Source of the DNA: Okamejei kenojei
Lineage: Eukaryota
Direction: 5' to 3'
Length of the DNA stretch: 64,000 nt
Assembly: GCA_035221665.1 (NCBI GenBank)
Contig: CM069161.1
Location: 868,001-932,000 of the forward strand
Part shown: piece by piece, positions 61,674 to 64,000 of the stretch
How positions within the stretch are numbered: the stretch's first letter is position 1
How the letters are laid out: each line of letters starts with the position of its first letter
Notes under the pieces: model-generated
Told to the model about the DNA's origin: nothing
Database searches by the model: none
The model's input: only the letters and a program-made list of their open reading frames with translations
Made by a program: the position numbers and the translations under genes

Positions 61674-62244
61674 GAGGAAAGTTAGAAGAAAGGAGGGACA
61701 GGACAAAACCTGGCAATAATATGTGGACACAGGTGAGGGGGAGTCATCCTCTATTGTGAAGCTAGAGGAAGGAATATAGGTGGAAGGAGAGTTGGACGAG
61801 ATAAATATGTGCGGGTCTAGGTGGGGCACAGGGAAGGGGAGGGGGGTTTAATAAGGAGCAGAAAGAAGGGGGAGGTGGGGAGGGGGCATGCATCTGAAAT
61901 TGGAAAATTCAATGTTCAAATCATTAGGCTGTAAGGTACCCAAACGGAATATGAGGTGCTGTTCCTCCAGTTTGAATAGGGCCTCACTTTAGCAATGGAG
62001 TCCTTGTCCTGGACCTCCCCAACATCGGGAACAATCTTCCTGCATCTAGCCTGTCCAACCTCTTAAGAATTTTGTAAGTTTCTATAAGATCCCCTCTCAA
62101 TCTCCTAAATTCTAGAGAGTATAAACCGAGTCTATCCAGTCTTTCTTCATAAGACAGTCCTGACATCCCAGGAAGCCACATCGGGAACAACAGATGTCGT
62201 AGATGAGGTTAGAGGAGCTACACGTAAAACTCTCTTTTTGCACC
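61540..62244 (-). mobile_element. Penelope-like element 3' region (GIY-YIG remnant, spacer, hammerhead motif, terminus), interrupted by a CR1 fragment at about 62003-62190
   Basis: Minus strand: SFTCSSSNLIYDIC (62191-62232), KLEEQHLIFRLGTLQPNDLNIEFSNF (61897-61974) and CTGAAGAAGGGCACTGACCTGAAATGTC (61627-61600). Confidence 0.75.
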
Positions 62245-62632
62245 ATTCCCAGTTTATTTTCCCCACATTCCCATCAACTCTCCCCAGGTTCTGCCAGCTA
62301 TCCATACACGGGATAATTTATAAGTGGCCAATTATCCTACCAACTACCACATCCTTGGGATATGGGAGGAAGCCGGAGCACCCGAGAAAAACCCCTGAGG
62401 GAGTGACAGGAAGAATGTGCAAACTCCACACAGACAGCACTGGAGGTTGGGACTGAACCAGCTTTCAGTTTAGTTTATTGTCACGTGTACCGAGGTGTAG
62501 TGAAAAGCTTTTTGTTGCGTGCTAACCAGTCAGCAGAAACACAATACATGATTACAATCAGTCCAAAACAGTGTTTGGATATATGATAAGGGAATAACTC
62601 GAGCTCTAGGCAGTCGCTCTATTAGCTGCACC
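62245..62632 (-). mobile_element. HE1-like SINE interrupted by a Rex/Babar-type 3' tail (about 62466-62600)
   Basis: V-domain in reverse complement, with an inserted gtttagtttattgtcacgtgtaccgaggtgtagtgaaaagc block. A related tail lies at about 61095-61240 on the plus strand. Confidence 0.55.
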
Positions 62633-63145
62633 ATACCTGTTCCTCTACCATTGTCAGTGCTCATTAGAAATACTCATTAGTGCTCATTAGACATTAGAAA
62701 TGCATCACCCAACAAAGCGTCATATTTTTTGCAGTCTTTCTAACAAGAACGATTGACAAAAGTTAAAGTTCCCAGCCCATGGGAGTTCATGAATTGTCGC
62801 AGAGAAGATTGTGAAGGCGGGTGGGGGAGTGTACTGGAGACAGCAGCACATTGATTCTTACATTAACTCTGTGTCCACAGACACCAGAAGCTGCTGCCAG
62901 CTTTAGTCTAATCAGTGCTCTGAATGTCACATCCTAAATCGCAACACAATAAATTAGATAGACCTGCACATGTTGAACTCAGCAAGAGAGCTCGAAAGAA
63001 CTCAGCCCAGCTGAGCCAACGTATTACAGAGACTGGCTCAGAAAAGGGAGCACTTTCTAATGGGATATACAGTTTCTGTACTGTGTAGACAGTACTGCAG
63101 TTACTGCCCCCAAGTGGAGTGTAGACAGTGTTACAGTCACAGACC

Positions 63146-63348
63146 CCAGTGTAGTGTGTACACACACTGTGGTCCAGTCACAGCTTCCAGTGTGGTGTGT
63201 ACACGCACTGTGGTCCAGTCACTCCTCCAGTGTAGTGTGTACACGCACTGTGGTCCAGTCACTCCCCCAGTGTAGTGTGTACACGCACTGCGGTCCAGTC
63301 ACTCCCCCTGTGTAGTGTGTACACGCACTGTGGTCCAGTCACAGCTTC
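63146..63348 (+). repeat. 40-bp minisatellite, 5 copies
   Basis: ccagtgtagtgtgtacacgcactgtggtccagtcactcc(t/c) with period 40 (63191, 63231, 63271, 63311). Confidence 0.92.
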
Positions 63349-64000
63349 ATGTCCACACTTAGTGTCCACACACTGCAGTACAGCAATTGCCTGATTTCCA
63401 ATCCATACTCAAATGCTCTGTCACGCAGCTATTGGAGAGTTTACAGTGTGCACCTGTAAATGGCCTGCTGTCTGTACGTCTGATTGTAATGCATAAACAA
63501 AGCACCCCGACGGGCCGTACTCTCACAACACGCCCTACCCTCCCCCTCCCCAGGAAACGACTGGACATTTAATCCTCACCCCCACTCTGCCATGCGATAA
63601 GATCATGACTGATCTCCTCCCTTAGTAGTACTTTCCTGGCACTGGATCCATACCCTTGCTCCCCTGTCTATGGCTCTGCAGTGAATCTGCTTAAGGACTG
63701 AGACCTCACTGTCCCGGGTGAAGATACATCTGTACATCCTGAAAGGGCAACACTTCATTTTGACTCTGTGACCCCTGGCTTTAAACAGGCCAGGGAAGGG
63801 AAATGTGAACTCTCCACCTCTCCTCTCAAGCCCCAGAGAAGATATTTTGCATTTCATTAAAGACCACCCCTTTACTCTTCTACAGGTCCACACTGCATAA
63901 TCTGTCATGATAGGAAACCATCTTCCATCTTAGAAACCTACCTGTTAAATGTCTGATGTACTCACCTGTCATAACTATATCCCTATGTACATCAGTTGAT

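Noticed and set aside
63146-63348. CRISPR-like palindromic repeats
   Set aside because: No spacers; this is a plain 40-bp minisatellite.

Overview
Vertebrate genomic DNA, probably from a cartilaginous fish (skate/ray-like, inferred from HE1-type SINEs and the CR1/L2/Tx1/Penelope repeat set). Two spliced genes lie in tandem on the minus strand. (1) GFAP: nine coding exons located by hand at 57604-46179, all GT-AG and in frame, 414 aa, polyA signal at 45037-45042. Its most 5' located exon begins at a splice acceptor inside the head domain, so the N-terminal exon was not found. (2) The 5' end of the ERG potassium channel KCNH6 (erg2): exon 1 at 29482-29557 in a CpG island and exon 2 at 9056-9286, encoding most of the PAS domain. 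No canonical exon 3 was found in the window. The rest is intron/intergenic sequence dense in retroelements and minisatellites. The most interesting non-gene signal is an abundant short repeat family that carries a minimal type I hammerhead-ribozyme core. It sits 3' of Penelope GIY-YIG remnants and also occurs as small, often palindromic insertions flanked by target-site duplications (TSDs). There are no prokaryotic features and no CRISPR array. Most ORFs in the supplied track are spurious. Repeat boundaries were read by eye and are approximate; family names come from recalled motifs, not database searches.
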